64,000 nucleotides of DNA from a phage. The position numbers and the translations under genes are program-made. Location: the sequence record PZ445489.1; one strand, given 5' to 3'. Positions 1 through 10,233 of this stretch are shown here, one piece after another. The first letter of the stretch is position 1; each line of letters starts with the position of its first letter. The notes under the pieces were generated by a model, which made no database searches, was not told where the DNA came from, and worked only from the letters and a program-made list of their open reading frames with translations.

Positions 1-1317
1 ATGGAAGTATCAAGACCCTATGTTAATACAGTAGATGTTATTGATTTCGGAATAGATAAGCGTTTCTTTCGTTTACCCGTTTCCGGAATACTAGCACAAG
101 AGGGTATCACACCTAATGGCCCTCAAATAGCAATTATCAATGCCCTAGAAGACCCTAGACATCGTTTTGTAACGGCATGTGTATCACGCCGTGTAGGTAA
201 ATCTTTTATAGCGTATACACTTGGGTTCCTAAAATTGCTGGAACCTAATGTGAAGGTACTAGTAGTTGCCCCTAACTATTCACTAGCTAATATCGGATGG
301 TCTCAGATTCGTGGTCTTATTAAGAAGTACGGCCTACAAACCGAACGTGAAAACGCTAAAGATAAAGAGATTGAGTTAGCTAATGGTTCTCTATTTAAAC
401 TAGCTTCCGCGGCTCAGGCTGACTCCGCGGTTGGACGTTCATATGATTTTATCATCTTTGACGAGGCGGCAATTTCCGATGTGGGTGGTGATGCCTTCAG
501 GGTTCAGCTGCGTCCTACCCTAGATAAGCCTAATTCTAAGGCTCTATTTATTTCCACCCCTCGCGGAGGTAACTGGTTTAAAGAGTTTTACGCCTACGGA
601 TTCGATGATACGTTACCTAACTGGGTGTCTATTCATGGTACATATCGTGATAACCCACGTGCTGATTTGAATGACATTGAGGAGGCACGCCGTACGGTTA
701 GTAAAAACTACTTCCGCCAAGAATACGAAGCTGACTTCTCTGTATTCGAAGGACAGATATTTGATACCTTTAATGCTATCGATCATGTTAAAGATCTCAA
801 AGGTATGCGTCACTTCTTTAAAGATGATGAAGCATTCGAAACGTTGCTTGGTATTGACGTTGGTTATCGTGATCCTACAGCAGTTCTTACTATTAAATAT
901 CATTACGATACGGATACTTACTATGTATTAGAAGAGTACCAGCAGGCGGAGAAAACTACAGCTCAGCATGCTGCTTATATTCAGCACTGTATAGATCGTT
1001 ATAAAGTTGATCGTATTTTTGTTGACTCTGCAGCAGCTCAGTTCCGCCAGGACTTAGCTTATGAGCATGAAATTGCCTCAGCTCCAGCTAAAAAATCTGT
1101 CCTAGATGGCCTAGCATGCCTGCAAGCACTGTTCCAACAGGGCAAGATTATTGTAGATGCCTCATGTTCCTCCTTAATTCATGCATTGCAGAATTACAAG
1201 TGGGACTTCCAAGAAGGTGAAGAGAAATTATCACGTGAAAAACCACGTCATGATGCTAACTCTCACCTTTGTGATGCGCTCCGCTATGGAATTTATTCTA
1301 TTTCCCGTGGTAAATAA
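1..1317 (+). CDS. Terminase large subunit (ATPase + nuclease); ORF begins at window edge so true start may lie upstream
   Basis: 438 aa; Walker-B-like FIIFDEAA, N-terminal ATPase region then C-terminal acidic nuclease region; first gene of head module. Confidence 0.85.
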   Translation: MEVSRPYVNTVDVIDFGIDKRFFRLPVSGILAQEGITPNGPQIAIINALEDPRHRFVTACVSRRVGKSFIAYTLGFLKLLEPNVKVLVVAPNYSLANIGWSQIRGLIKKYGLQTERENAKDKEIELANGSLFKLASAAQADSAVGRSYDFIIFDEAAISDVGGDAFRVQLRPTLDKPNSKALFISTPRGGNWFKEFYAYGFDDTLPNWVSIHGTYRDNPRADLNDIEEARRTVSKNYFRQEYEADFSVFEGQIFDTFNAIDHVKDLKGMRHFFKDDEAFETLLGIDVGYRDPTAVLTIKYHYDTDTYYVLEEYQQAEKTTAQHAAYIQHCIDRYKVDRIFVDSAAAQFRQDLAYEHEIASAPAKKSVLDGLACLQALFQQGKIIVDASCSSLIHALQNYKWDFQEGEEKLSREKPRHDANSHLCDALRYGIYSISRGK

Positions 1318-1431
1318 ATAAGTATAGGATGGGATACTACTCAGTTGGTATCCCATTCCTGTATTTTAAAATCCCCTTTACAAATTCGATACGATTATGT
1401 ATACTATATTCATACAGTTGAGGAGAACACT

Positions 1432-1869
1432 ATGGCAAGCAATATAAAATATAAACGCGATGCTATATCCCTTATGAGAGACGGAATAAAAAGTCAATAT
1501 AAAAAAGACTCTCAATGTGCTATCTGCGGTTGTGCTGAAGAATTAGAGCTTCATCATTACCATACGGTGTCTCTACTAGTTAAAAAATTTGCTAAAGAAC
1601 TCCAATTGGATTTCACTGACGAAGAAACAGTCCTTTCAAATAGGACGGCATTCTATGATCGATATAGGCATGAGCTAGTAGAAGACACTGTTACCCTCTG
1701 TGTACACCATCACCAATTATTACATAAGGTTTACACAAAAGAACCTCCTTTATTTTCTGCTAATAAGCAAAAAGTGTGGGTTCAAAAGCAGAAAGACAAA
1801 TTACAGAATCCTCAAGAAAAGACACAAGTCAAGACTGAAACAAAATCAGGATTCGCAAGGTTCTTATAA
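1432..1869 (+). CDS. HNH-type endonuclease-like protein
   Basis: CAICGC...LHHYH...N...LCVHHHQLLH matches the C-x2-C/HH/N/C-x2-H HNH pattern; start moved to ATG 1432 with AGGAG 6 nt upstream (track start 1345). Confidence 0.55.
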   Translation: MASNIKYKRDAISLMRDGIKSQYKKDSQCAICGCAEELELHHYHTVSLLVKKFAKELQLDFTDEETVLSNRTAFYDRYRHELVEDTVTLCVHHHQLLHKVYTKEPPLFSANKQKVWVQKQKDKLQNPQEKTQVKTETKSGFARFL

Positions 1870-3086
1870 TGGGTTTTAAAAGCTGGATTACTGAAAAGCT
1901 AAATCCGGGTCAACGTATTATAAGAGACATGGAACCAGTTAGTCATCGCACTAACCGTAAGCCTTTTACCACTGGACAAGCCTACAGTAAAATTGAGATT
2001 CTCAATAGAACTGCTAATATGGTTATAGATAGTGCGGCGGAGTGTTCTTATACTGTCGGAGATAAATATAATATTGTTACGTACGCTAATGGCGTCAAAA
2101 CAAAGACTCTAGACACTCTCTTAAATGTACGACCTAATCCATTCATGGATATAAGCACATTCCGTAGACTTGTAGTCACTGACCTACTTTTTGAAGGTTG
2201 TGCATACATCTATTGGGATGGCACATCGCTTTACCATGTCCCGGCCGCTCTTATGCAGGTCGAGGCAGATGCCAATAAGTTTATCAAAAAATTTATATTT
2301 AATAATCAGATAAACTATCGCGTAGATGAGATTATCTTTATAAAGGATAACAGTTACGTGTGCGGCACAAATTCTCAAATTTCTGGACAATCTCGTGTTG
2401 CTACTGTTATTGATTCTCTTGAGAAGCGTTCCAAGATGCTTAACTTTAAAGAGAAATTCCTCGATAACGGAACCGTGATTGGTCTTATTCTTGAAACGGA
2501 TGAAATCCTGAACAAGAAATTGCGTGAGCGTAAACAAGAAGAATTACAACTCGATTATAATCCTAGTACTGGTCAGTCTTCTGTCCTGATTCTAGATGGT
2601 GGTATGAAAGCTAAACCGTACTCCCAAATATCCTCTTTTAAAGATCTAGACTTTAAGGAAGACATCGAAGGATTTAATAAATCTATTTGTCTAGCCTTTG
2701 GAGTTCCGCAAGTACTGCTTGATGGTGGTAATAATGCGAATATTCGACCAAACATCGAATTGTTCTATTATATGACTATCATTCCTATGCTGAACAAACT
2801 GACTAGTTCTCTTACTTTCTTTTTTGGTTATAAGATTACTCCTAATACTAAGGAGGTAGCTGCATTAACACCAGATAAAGAAGCTGAGGCTAAACATTTA
2901 ACCTCATTGGTTAATAATGGTATTATGACTGGTAACGAAGCTCGTTTAGAGCTGAACCTTGAACCTTTAGATGATGAGCAGATGGATAGGATTCGTATTC
3001 CTGCTAACGTTGCTGGTTCTGCAACAGGTGTATCTGGTCAAGAAGGTGGTAGACCTCAAGGTTCCACCGAGGGAGATAAAGAATGA
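1869..3086 (+). CDS. Portal protein
   Basis: 405 aa directly after terminase and before protease/capsid; size and position as in T5-like phages. Confidence 0.8.
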   Translation: MGFKSWITEKLNPGQRIIRDMEPVSHRTNRKPFTTGQAYSKIEILNRTANMVIDSAAECSYTVGDKYNIVTYANGVKTKTLDTLLNVRPNPFMDISTFRRLVVTDLLFEGCAYIYWDGTSLYHVPAALMQVEADANKFIKKFIFNNQINYRVDEIIFIKDNSYVCGTNSQISGQSRVATVIDSLEKRSKMLNFKEKFLDNGTVIGLILETDEILNKKLRERKQEELQLDYNPSTGQSSVLILDGGMKAKPYSQISSFKDLDFKEDIEGFNKSICLAFGVPQVLLDGGNNANIRPNIELFYYMTIIPMLNKLTSSLTFFFGYKITPNTKEVAALTPDKEAEAKHLTSLVNNGIMTGNEARLELNLEPLDDEQMDRIRIPANVAGSATGVSGQEGGRPQGSTEGDKE

Positions 3087-3577
3087 TTGATTATAATGGT
3101 CTAAAGACCATTTTTGGTGAAAAACTACCAGAATCTCATATCTTCTTTGCTACGGTTGCTGCGCATAAATATGTTCCTAGCTATGCTTTTCTGCGTAGAG
3201 AACTAGGGCTTTCATCTGCGCATACTAACCGTAAAGTATGGAAGAAATTTGTAGAGGCTTATGGTAAAGCAGTTCCTCCTGCTCCACCGGCCCCACCGTT
3301 AACTCTTTCTAAAGATTTAACTGCTAGCATGTCGGTTGAAGAGGGAGCAGCATTAACACTTTCTGTTACTGCAACTGGTGGTACTAGTCCATATACTTAT
3401 GCATGGACTAAAGATGGTTCTCCTATTCCGGAAGCTTCAGGAGCTACCTATACTAAGCCTGCAGCAGCTACGGAGGATTCTGGAGCCTATAAAGTAACTG
3501 TAACAGATAGTAAGCAAGTAAGTAAGGATTCTACTGCATGTGCTGTGACAGTTAATCCTACTGTTCCTGGAGGCTAA
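3083..3577 (+). CDS. Head decoration protein with C-terminal Ig-like domain (pb10-like)
   Basis: 164 aa; PPAPPAPP linker followed by Ig-like segment (YTYAWTKDGSPI...GAYKVTVTD); overlaps portal stop. Confidence 0.65.
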   Translation: MIDYNGLKTIFGEKLPESHIFFATVAAHKYVPSYAFLRRELGLSSAHTNRKVWKKFVEAYGKAVPPAPPAPPLTLSKDLTASMSVEEGAALTLSVTATGGTSPYTYAWTKDGSPIPEASGATYTKPAAATEDSGAYKVTVTDSKQVSKDSTACAVTVNPTVPGG

Positions 3578-3580
3578 TAA

Positions 3581-4213
3581 ATGACACAAGCTGCTATTGA
3601 CTATAACAAGTTAAAATCAGCACCCGTTCATTTAGATGCTTATATTAAATCTATTGATAGTGAATCCAAAGAGGGCGTTGTAAAAATACGTGGATTCGCT
3701 AATACAATTAGTAAAGATCGCGCTGGCGATGTAATCCCTGCTTCCGCATGGAAAACATCTAATGCACTTACTAACTATATGAAAAACCCGATTATTCTTT
3801 TCGGACACGATCATCGTCGTCCAATCGGTAAGTGTATTGATCTTAACCCTACTGAAATGGGTCTCGAAATCGAATGCGAGATCTATGAAAGTTCTGACCC
3901 GGCTATCTTTTCACTAATTAAAAACGGTGTACTGAAAACTTTTAGTATCGGATTCCGCTGCCTAGATGCAGAGTGGGATGAAGCTACTGATATATTTATT
4001 ATTAAAGATTTAGAACTATACGAAGTTTCGGTAGTTTCTGTACCTTGTAATCAGGACTCAACGTTCAATCTCGCTAAGAGCATGAATGGTCATGATTATA
4101 CTGAATGGCGTAAATCTTTTACTGCAATAAGTTCTAAAGCTGTCCCAGCTCAAGAACGTAATCTTTCTGAACTAGAAAAACTTGCGATAGCTTTAGGCTA
4201 CGTTAAAGAATAA
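3581..4213 (+). CDS. Prohead maturation protease (HK97-type)
   Basis: 210 aa; DRAGDVIPASAW and ILFGHDHRRPIG motifs typical of prohead protease family; sits between decoration and capsid genes. Confidence 0.8.
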   Translation: MTQAAIDYNKLKSAPVHLDAYIKSIDSESKEGVVKIRGFANTISKDRAGDVIPASAWKTSNALTNYMKNPIILFGHDHRRPIGKCIDLNPTEMGLEIECEIYESSDPAIFSLIKNGVLKTFSIGFRCLDAEWDEATDIFIIKDLELYEVSVVSVPCNQDSTFNLAKSMNGHDYTEWRKSFTAISSKAVPAQERNLSELEKLAIALGYVKE

Positions 4214-4230
4214 CGGAGAATTATTTAAAA

Positions 4231-5607
4231 ATGACTATTGATATTAATAAGCTGAAAGAAGAACTTGGTCTGGGTGATCTGGCTAAATCTCTGGAAGGTC
4301 TGACCGCTGCTCAGAAAGCTCAGGAAGCTGAACGTATGCGTAAAGAGCAGGAAGAAAAAGAACTGGCTCGTATGAATGACCTGGTTTCTAAAGCAGTTGG
4401 CGAAGATCGTAAGCGTCTGGAAGAGGCTCTGGATCTGGTTAAGTCTCTGGATGAGAAATCTAAGAAGAGCGCAGAACTGTTTGCACAAACTGTAGAAAAA
4501 CAACAGGAAACTATTGTTGGTCTTCAGGATGAAATTAAATCTCTGCTGACAGCTCGTGAAGGTCGTTCCTTCGTTGGTGATAGTGTTGCTAAAGCACTGT
4601 ACGGTACTCAGGAAAACTTTGAAGATGAAGTTGAAAAACTGGTTCTGTTATCTTATGTAATGGAAAAGGGCGTATTCGAGACCGAACACGGTCAAAAACA
4701 CCTGAAAGCAGTGAATCAGTCTTCTTCTGTAGAAGTTTCTAGTGAAAGCTATGAAACTATTTTCTCTCAGCGTATTATCCGTGACCTGCAGAAAGAGCTT
4801 GTAGTTGGCGCACTGTTCGAAGAACTGCCGATGTCCAGTAAGATTCTTACTATGCTGGTTGAACCGGATGCTGGTAAAGCTACTTGGGTTGCTGCTTCTA
4901 CTTATGGTACTGATGCAACTACTGGTGATGAAGTTAAAGGTGCTCTTAAAGAAATCCACTTCAGTACTTACAAACTGGCTGCTAAGTCCTTCATTACTGA
5001 TGAAACTGAAGAAGATGCAATCTTCTCCCTGCTGCCACTGCTTCGTAAGCGTCTGATCGAAGCACACGCTGTTTCTATTGAAGAAGCCTTCATGACTGGT
5101 GATGGTTCCGGTAAACCGAAAGGTCTGCTGACTCTTGCTAGTGAAGATAGTGCTAAAGTTATTACTGAAGCTAAAGCTGATGGTTCCGTACTGGTAACTG
5201 CTAAAACTATCTCTAAATTGCGTCGTAAACTGGGCCGTCATGGTCTGAAACTGAGCAAACTGGTACTGATTGTATCTATGGATGCTTACTATGATCTGCT
5301 GGAAGATGAAGAATGGCAGGATGTTGCCCAAGTTGGTAATGATGCTGTTAAACTGCAGGGTCAGGTTGGTCGTATTTATGGTCTGCCGGTTGTAGTTTCT
5401 GAGTACTTCCCAGCTAAAGCTACTTCCGCAGAGTTCGCAGTTATTGTTTATAAAGATAACTTCGTAATGCCACGCCAGCGTGCTGTTACTGTTGAACGTG
5501 AGCGCCAAGCTGGTAAACAGCGTGACGCATACTACGTTACTCAGCGTGTTAACCTGCAACGTTACTTTGCAAATGGCGTTGTATCTGGTGCTTACGCTGC
5601 ATCTTAA
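4231..5607 (+). CDS. Major capsid protein precursor with N-terminal scaffolding (delta) domain
   Basis: 458 aa; charged coiled-coil N-terminus then HK97-like body; host-optimal codon usage; terminator follows. Confidence 0.9.
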   Translation: MTIDINKLKEELGLGDLAKSLEGLTAAQKAQEAERMRKEQEEKELARMNDLVSKAVGEDRKRLEEALDLVKSLDEKSKKSAELFAQTVEKQQETIVGLQDEIKSLLTAREGRSFVGDSVAKALYGTQENFEDEVEKLVLLSYVMEKGVFETEHGQKHLKAVNQSSSVEVSSESYETIFSQRIIRDLQKELVVGALFEELPMSSKILTMLVEPDAGKATWVAASTYGTDATTGDEVKGALKEIHFSTYKLAAKSFITDETEEDAIFSLLPLLRKRLIEAHAVSIEEAFMTGDGSGKPKGLLTLASEDSAKVITEAKADGSVLVTAKTISKLRRKLGRHGLKLSKLVLIVSMDAYYDLLEDEEWQDVAQVGNDAVKLQGQVGRIYGLPVVVSEYFPAKATSAEFAVIVYKDNFVMPRQRAVTVERERQAGKQRDAYYVTQRVNLQRYFANGVVSGAYAAS

Positions 5608-5626
5608 TACAGGCTTTTCAGCCGAT

Positions 5627-5652
5627 AAGGAGAGCTTCGGCTCTCCTTTTTT
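5627..5652 (+). terminator. Rho-independent terminator after capsid gene
   Basis: AAGGAGAGC-TTCG-GCTCTCCTT hairpin followed by TTTTTT. Confidence 0.8.
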
Positions 5653-5666
5653 ATTGGGAAAAATAA

Positions 5667-6179
5667 ATGCAAATAATCACAGCTGAAGACTATAGATTAT
5701 ATGGTGGGTTAAAACGACCTGAACTAGAATCTGGAGTAGAGATGATGATTACTGCTGCCAATGCGCTGATTACTAGCCTTTTAGGTATGGATGATGCTGA
5801 TGCGGTAGACCAGTTAATCAATACAAAACCTACTCGTAAAAAATACTTCTTAAGTTCTCCCTCGGCTACTTCAGTAACCAAAATGACTATTAACGACAAG
5901 GAGATAGATCCAGAACAATATAAGTTGTATTCTGATGGGGTTATACTTCTTAAATTTAATCCCCCAGAAGGTTATATGGGTGTAGAATACACACAAGGTG
6001 GATTTAATCCAATACCTGAGGATCTCAAACTTGCAGCATGTATGCTAGTAGATCATTGGCATAAACAGGATTACCGTCAAGCTAAAACAATTGGCGGAGA
6101 AACAGTTACTTTTAATAATACTAAGTCTGGTATTCCAGAGCATATTCGTACTATTATTGAAGTTTACAGGAGAGTATAA
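5667..6179 (+). CDS. Putative head completion / connector protein
   Basis: 170 aa ORF immediately downstream of capsid gene in head-tail junction position; no recognisable catalytic motif. Confidence 0.45.
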   Translation: MQIITAEDYRLYGGLKRPELESGVEMMITAANALITSLLGMDDADAVDQLINTKPTRKKYFLSSPSATSVTKMTINDKEIDPEQYKLYSDGVILLKFNPPEGYMGVEYTQGGFNPIPEDLKLAACMLVDHWHKQDYRQAKTIGGETVTFNNTKSGIPEHIRTIIEVYRRV

Positions 6180-6946
6180 TGTCTCTTTCTGATTTAGCTA
6201 CACAAATTATTAAGGAGCAGCTAGATAATGTTGGGCGTTCCGAGAACAATAAGAATACTGTTGTATATTCTGTTGAAACAGGACTGAAAGATCCTACTAG
6301 AGATGGTACTGTTGCTCAGGTATCTTTTAAATTCTCAAAACCTATATCCCAAGATCTCCTTAATGTTAGGACCGCTTCTATTCTAAAAGCAGTTTCTTCT
6401 AGCTTAGATCTAACAGGAGATTTAGGTGCTCTAGAGAATTTAATACAAGCAACCGCTGGTAAAAAATCTGCTGTAGGTAAAAAACGTTCTACTGGTAGAG
6501 TTCAAGTAAACTTTGGGGATCCTAGAGACGTAGAAGATGGATATTCTGGTGCAGTAACAGGTGCTTCTGGTCGTTTTGTATCAAATAGTAATATGAAGGT
6601 TATTCTGGAGTTGGTTGCTAAAGAATACTTAATAAAGGATATGAAAAAAGCAGGAGCTCCACTTAAATTTAGAACAGGTCGTTTTGCAAACTCTCTAAAA
6701 GTTAAAGATGTTATGCTTAGAGATGCTGGAACTAGCAAAGGTGCTCCGGAATTAAACGTTACATATAATTATATGGTACGTCCATATTCAGTATTTAATC
6801 CTGCAGTATCTACATATCGAAGATTGTCACTACGACCCTACCCAGGTGCTAGAAACCCTCAAAGACTAATTGGAGAGGCGATAGCTAAAGCTGCAAGAGA
6901 CTTAATTCACTCCAGATACAAAATTAAGGTTAATCAAGGAACCTAA
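6179..6946 (+). CDS. Hypothetical structural protein (head-tail joining region)
   Basis: 255 aa ORF, translationally coupled to neighbours within the structural operon. Confidence 0.4.
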   Translation: MSLSDLATQIIKEQLDNVGRSENNKNTVVYSVETGLKDPTRDGTVAQVSFKFSKPISQDLLNVRTASILKAVSSSLDLTGDLGALENLIQATAGKKSAVGKKRSTGRVQVNFGDPRDVEDGYSGAVTGASGRFVSNSNMKVILELVAKEYLIKDMKKAGAPLKFRTGRFANSLKVKDVMLRDAGTSKGAPELNVTYNYMVRPYSVFNPAVSTYRRLSLRPYPGARNPQRLIGEAIAKAARDLIHSRYKIKVNQGT

Positions 6947-6949
6947 TAA

Positions 6950-7435
6950 ATGGATCACAGAACAAGTATAGCACAAGCTCTGGTTGATCGAATAGCCAAA
7001 CAAATGGATGGCTCTCAACCAGATGAATATTTTAATAACTTGTATGGAAACGTCTCACGTCAAACTTATAAGTTTGAGGAGATACGAGAGTTTCCTTATG
7101 TTGCAGTTCATATCGGAACTGAAACTGGGCAGTATCTTCCCTCAGGTCAACAGTGGATGTTTTTAGAACTTCCTATCCTGGTGTATGATAAAGAGAAAAC
7201 AGACATTCAAGAGCAACTTGAAAAACTCGTAGCGGATATAAAAACCGTTATTGACACAGGTGGAAATTTAGAATATACTGTTAGTAAACCTAATGGATCG
7301 ACCTTCCCATGTGAGGCGACTGATATGAGCATTACATCAGTTAGTACAGATGAGGGTCTACTGGCCCCATATGGTTTAGCAGAAATAAATGTAACAGTGA
7401 GGTATCAGCCTCCACGTAGGTCACTTCGCAGATAA
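6950..7435 (+). CDS. Putative tail terminator / tail completion protein
   Basis: 161 aa ORF immediately upstream of the tail tube gene. Confidence 0.4.
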   Translation: MDHRTSIAQALVDRIAKQMDGSQPDEYFNNLYGNVSRQTYKFEEIREFPYVAVHIGTETGQYLPSGQQWMFLELPILVYDKEKTDIQEQLEKLVADIKTVIDTGGNLEYTVSKPNGSTFPCEATDMSITSVSTDEGLLAPYGLAEINVTVRYQPPRRSLRR

Positions 7436-7461
7436 GTTACAGATTAGGAGAAAATAATTAA

Positions 7462-8868
7462 ATGTCTTTACAACTATTACGTAATACTCGAATCTTCGTG
7501 TCTACGGTTAAGACTGGTCACGATAAGACCAACACGCAAGAGATTCTAGTTCAGGATGATATTTCTTGGGGTCAGGACAGTAACTCAACAGATATTACTG
7601 TTAACGAAGCTGGTCCGCGTCCTACTCGTGGTTCTAAACGTTTTAACGATTCCTTGAATGCAGCTGAGTGGAGCTTCTCCACCTATATCCTGCCATACAT
7701 GGATAAAACTACTAGCAAACAAATTGTTCCTGACTATATGTTATGGCATGCACTTTCTAGTGGTAAAGCTATTAACCTTGATGGAGATACTGGAGCACAT
7801 AATAATGCTACTAACTTCATGGTTAACTTCAAAGATAACGCATATCACGAACTGGCTATGCTGCATATTTACATTCTAACTGACAATGCGTGGAGTTACA
7901 TTGACTCTTGCCAGATCAACCAGGCAGAAGTTAACGTTGATATTGAAGATATTGGTCGTGTAACTTGGTCTGGTAACGGTAATCAGCTCATTCCGTTAGA
8001 TAGCCAACCATTTGACCCTGATGCATTAGGTATTGATGATGAAACTTATATGACTATTCAGAGTTCTTACATTAAGAACAAGTTAACTATCCTAAAAATT
8101 AAGGATATGGATTCTGATAAGGCATATGATATTCCTATTACTGGTGGTACTTTTACCATTAATAACAACATCACGTACCTAACCCCGAATATTATGTCAC
8201 GTGTAAATATTCCAATCGGCTCATTTACGGGTGCGTTTGAGTTAACGGGTTCTTTGACAGCTTACCTTAATGATAAGTCTCTTGGTTCTATGGAACTGTA
8301 CAAAGATCTGATTAAAACCCTTAAGGTAGTTAACCGTTTTGAAATCGCACTTATTTTGGGTGGAGAATATGACGAGGAACGTCCGGCAGCTGTGTTAGTT
8401 GCTAAACAGGCGCACGTTAATATCCCTACTATTGAGACTGATGATGTACTTGGTACTTCAGTAGAGTTTAAAGCTATTCCTACTGATTTGGATACTGGTG
8501 ACGAAGGTTATCTTGGATTTTCTAACAAGTATACAAAAACTACTGTGGCTAATCTGATTGCTACGGGGGATGGTGCTAAAATTCCTCCAGTTCCCGTTAA
8601 ATCCATTACAGTTAAGTCGGCAGGTGAGGCTGTTTCTGTAACAAATAGTAATACTTTACAGATGTCTGTTGAGGTAACACCTTCAGAAGCTACTAATAAG
8701 GCTGTAACTTGGTCTATTTCTAGTGGTAACGCAGCTACAATTGATGCAGAATCTGGGTTATTAACAGCTGATGCCTCTAAAACTGGTGCAGTTACTGTGA
8801 AGGCTGTAGCTAAAGATGGTTCTGGTGTAGAAGGTACTAAAACTATCACAGTTAGTGCTGGTGGTTAA
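7462..8868 (+). CDS. Major tail tube protein with C-terminal Ig-like (BIG2-type) domain (pb6-like)
   Basis: 468 aa; C-terminal ~90 aa Ig-like segment (SITVKSAGEAVSVTNSNTLQMSVEVTPSEATNKAVTWSISSGN); position before chaperones and tape measure. Confidence 0.8.
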   Translation: MSLQLLRNTRIFVSTVKTGHDKTNTQEILVQDDISWGQDSNSTDITVNEAGPRPTRGSKRFNDSLNAAEWSFSTYILPYMDKTTSKQIVPDYMLWHALSSGKAINLDGDTGAHNNATNFMVNFKDNAYHELAMLHIYILTDNAWSYIDSCQINQAEVNVDIEDIGRVTWSGNGNQLIPLDSQPFDPDALGIDDETYMTIQSSYIKNKLTILKIKDMDSDKAYDIPITGGTFTINNNITYLTPNIMSRVNIPIGSFTGAFELTGSLTAYLNDKSLGSMELYKDLIKTLKVVNRFEIALILGGEYDEERPAAVLVAKQAHVNIPTIETDDVLGTSVEFKAIPTDLDTGDEGYLGFSNKYTKTTVANLIATGDGAKIPPVPVKSITVKSAGEAVSVTNSNTLQMSVEVTPSEATNKAVTWSISSGNAATIDAESGLLTADASKTGAVTVKAVAKDGSGVEGTKTITVSAGG

Positions 8869-8872
8869 ATAA

Positions 8873-9775
8873 ATGTACTACTCTCTAATGCGAGAGTCAA
8901 AAGTTATAGTTGAGTATGATGGTAGGGCATTTCATTTTGATGCCCTATCAAACTATGATATACAGACTTCCTACGAGGAATTCAAGACTCTTCGTAGGAC
9001 TGTTCATCGTAGAACTAACTATGCAGACTCTATTATAAATGCTCAAACCCCCTCTTCTATCTCTCTAGCAATAAATTTCAGTAATACTCTTACAGAGGCT
9101 AACTTCTTTGAATGGTTAGGTTTTGATAGAAAAGGTAATACTTTCTTACTCCCACTATATAGTAGTAATATTGAACCTATTATGTTCAATATCTATATAG
9201 TAAATAAAGATAATAACTGTGTATATTTTGAAAACTGTTATGTATCTACGGTAGATTTTTCTTTAGATAAGAACATACCAATTCTTAATGTTGGTATTGA
9301 GTCTGGGAAATTCTCAGAAGTATCTACCTATAGAGAAGCAGCTTCTATTATACAGGGTGAAGTAATGTCTTACAGCCCAGTAATAGCTTCTACTAATGGC
9401 AGCATCTTACCCGGTCTTATTTCTGCCTCTTTATCTTTCCAACAGCAGTGCTCCTGGAGAGAGGATAAGAGTGTTTTTGATATAAATAAAATTTATAATA
9501 ATAAAAGAGCTTATGTAAATGAAATGAATGCTTCGGCAACCATTTCTCTATATTACTTGAAACGTTTTGCAGGAGATATGGTTTACAATATCGAACCGGA
9601 GACAGATGTACCTTTAAATATAAGAAATAATAATATTTCTATAGATTTTCCTTCAGCACGTATTACAAAACGCCTAGATTTCTCAGATGTGTATAGAGTT
9701 GAGTGGGATATTATACCTACTGCTTCTTCAGACCCAGTGAGAATAGATTTCTTTGGAGAAATTAAAAATGATTAA
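8873..9775 (+). CDS. Hypothetical tail structural protein (p140-like position)
   Basis: 300 aa, N/I/S-rich, AT-rich codon usage contrasting with neighbours; between tail tube and chaperone genes. Confidence 0.4.
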   Translation: MYYSLMRESKVIVEYDGRAFHFDALSNYDIQTSYEEFKTLRRTVHRRTNYADSIINAQTPSSISLAINFSNTLTEANFFEWLGFDRKGNTFLLPLYSSNIEPIMFNIYIVNKDNNCVYFENCYVSTVDFSLDKNIPILNVGIESGKFSEVSTYREAASIIQGEVMSYSPVIASTNGSILPGLISASLSFQQQCSWREDKSVFDINKIYNNKRAYVNEMNASATISLYYLKRFAGDMVYNIEPETDVPLNIRNNNISIDFPSARITKRLDFSDVYRVEWDIIPTASSDPVRIDFFGEIKND

Positions 9776-10172
9776 TTTAAAAGATATTACTCTTGATACT
9801 CGTACTATTACTCTTTCCTACCCAGGTATGCCGAACTTTAAATTAGAACTTAACTATATGTCTCGTGCTACCTCTAAACGTGTTATTTCTTCTGCTAAAC
9901 GCGATGAATGGGTTAATGGTACTTTGATTCAGGTACAGGATGATGATAAGTTCATTGAAGCCTTCGTTGACGCAGCTATTAAAGGTTGGACCGGTTTGAC
10001 TGTAGGTGACGTTGAAAAACTGATGCTGATTGAAACAGATGCTGATCCTGCTACTGAAGTTCCTTTTAGCCGCGATAATGCTGTAATGCTCATGCAGAAC
10101 TCTGCTGCGTTTGATTCTTGGATCAACCAGACAGTGTTCCACTTAGACACTTTTCGTAGCCCAAAAGCGTAA
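9753..10172 (+). CDS. Putative tail assembly chaperone
   Basis: 139 aa ORF upstream of tape measure gene; typical chaperone position. Confidence 0.45.
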   Translation: MEKLKMINLKDITLDTRTITLSYPGMPNFKLELNYMSRATSKRVISSAKRDEWVNGTLIQVQDDDKFIEAFVDAAIKGWTGLTVGDVEKLMLIETDADPATEVPFSRDNAVMLMQNSAAFDSWINQTVFHLDTFRSPKA

Positions 10173-10233
10173 AGAACTCCTAGATGCTGTTGCTGATTTT
10201 GCAGATAAGTGTATTAAAAGCTCAGCATCTAAA

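Noticed and set aside
4648-5559. 303-aa antisense ORF inside the major capsid gene, and similar antisense ORFs at 25572..26150, 28134..28898 and 61128..61751
   Set aside because: Each lies wholly within a well-supported gene on the opposite strand and has low-complexity, stop-poor composition typical of shadow ORFs. None has an RBS or promoter.
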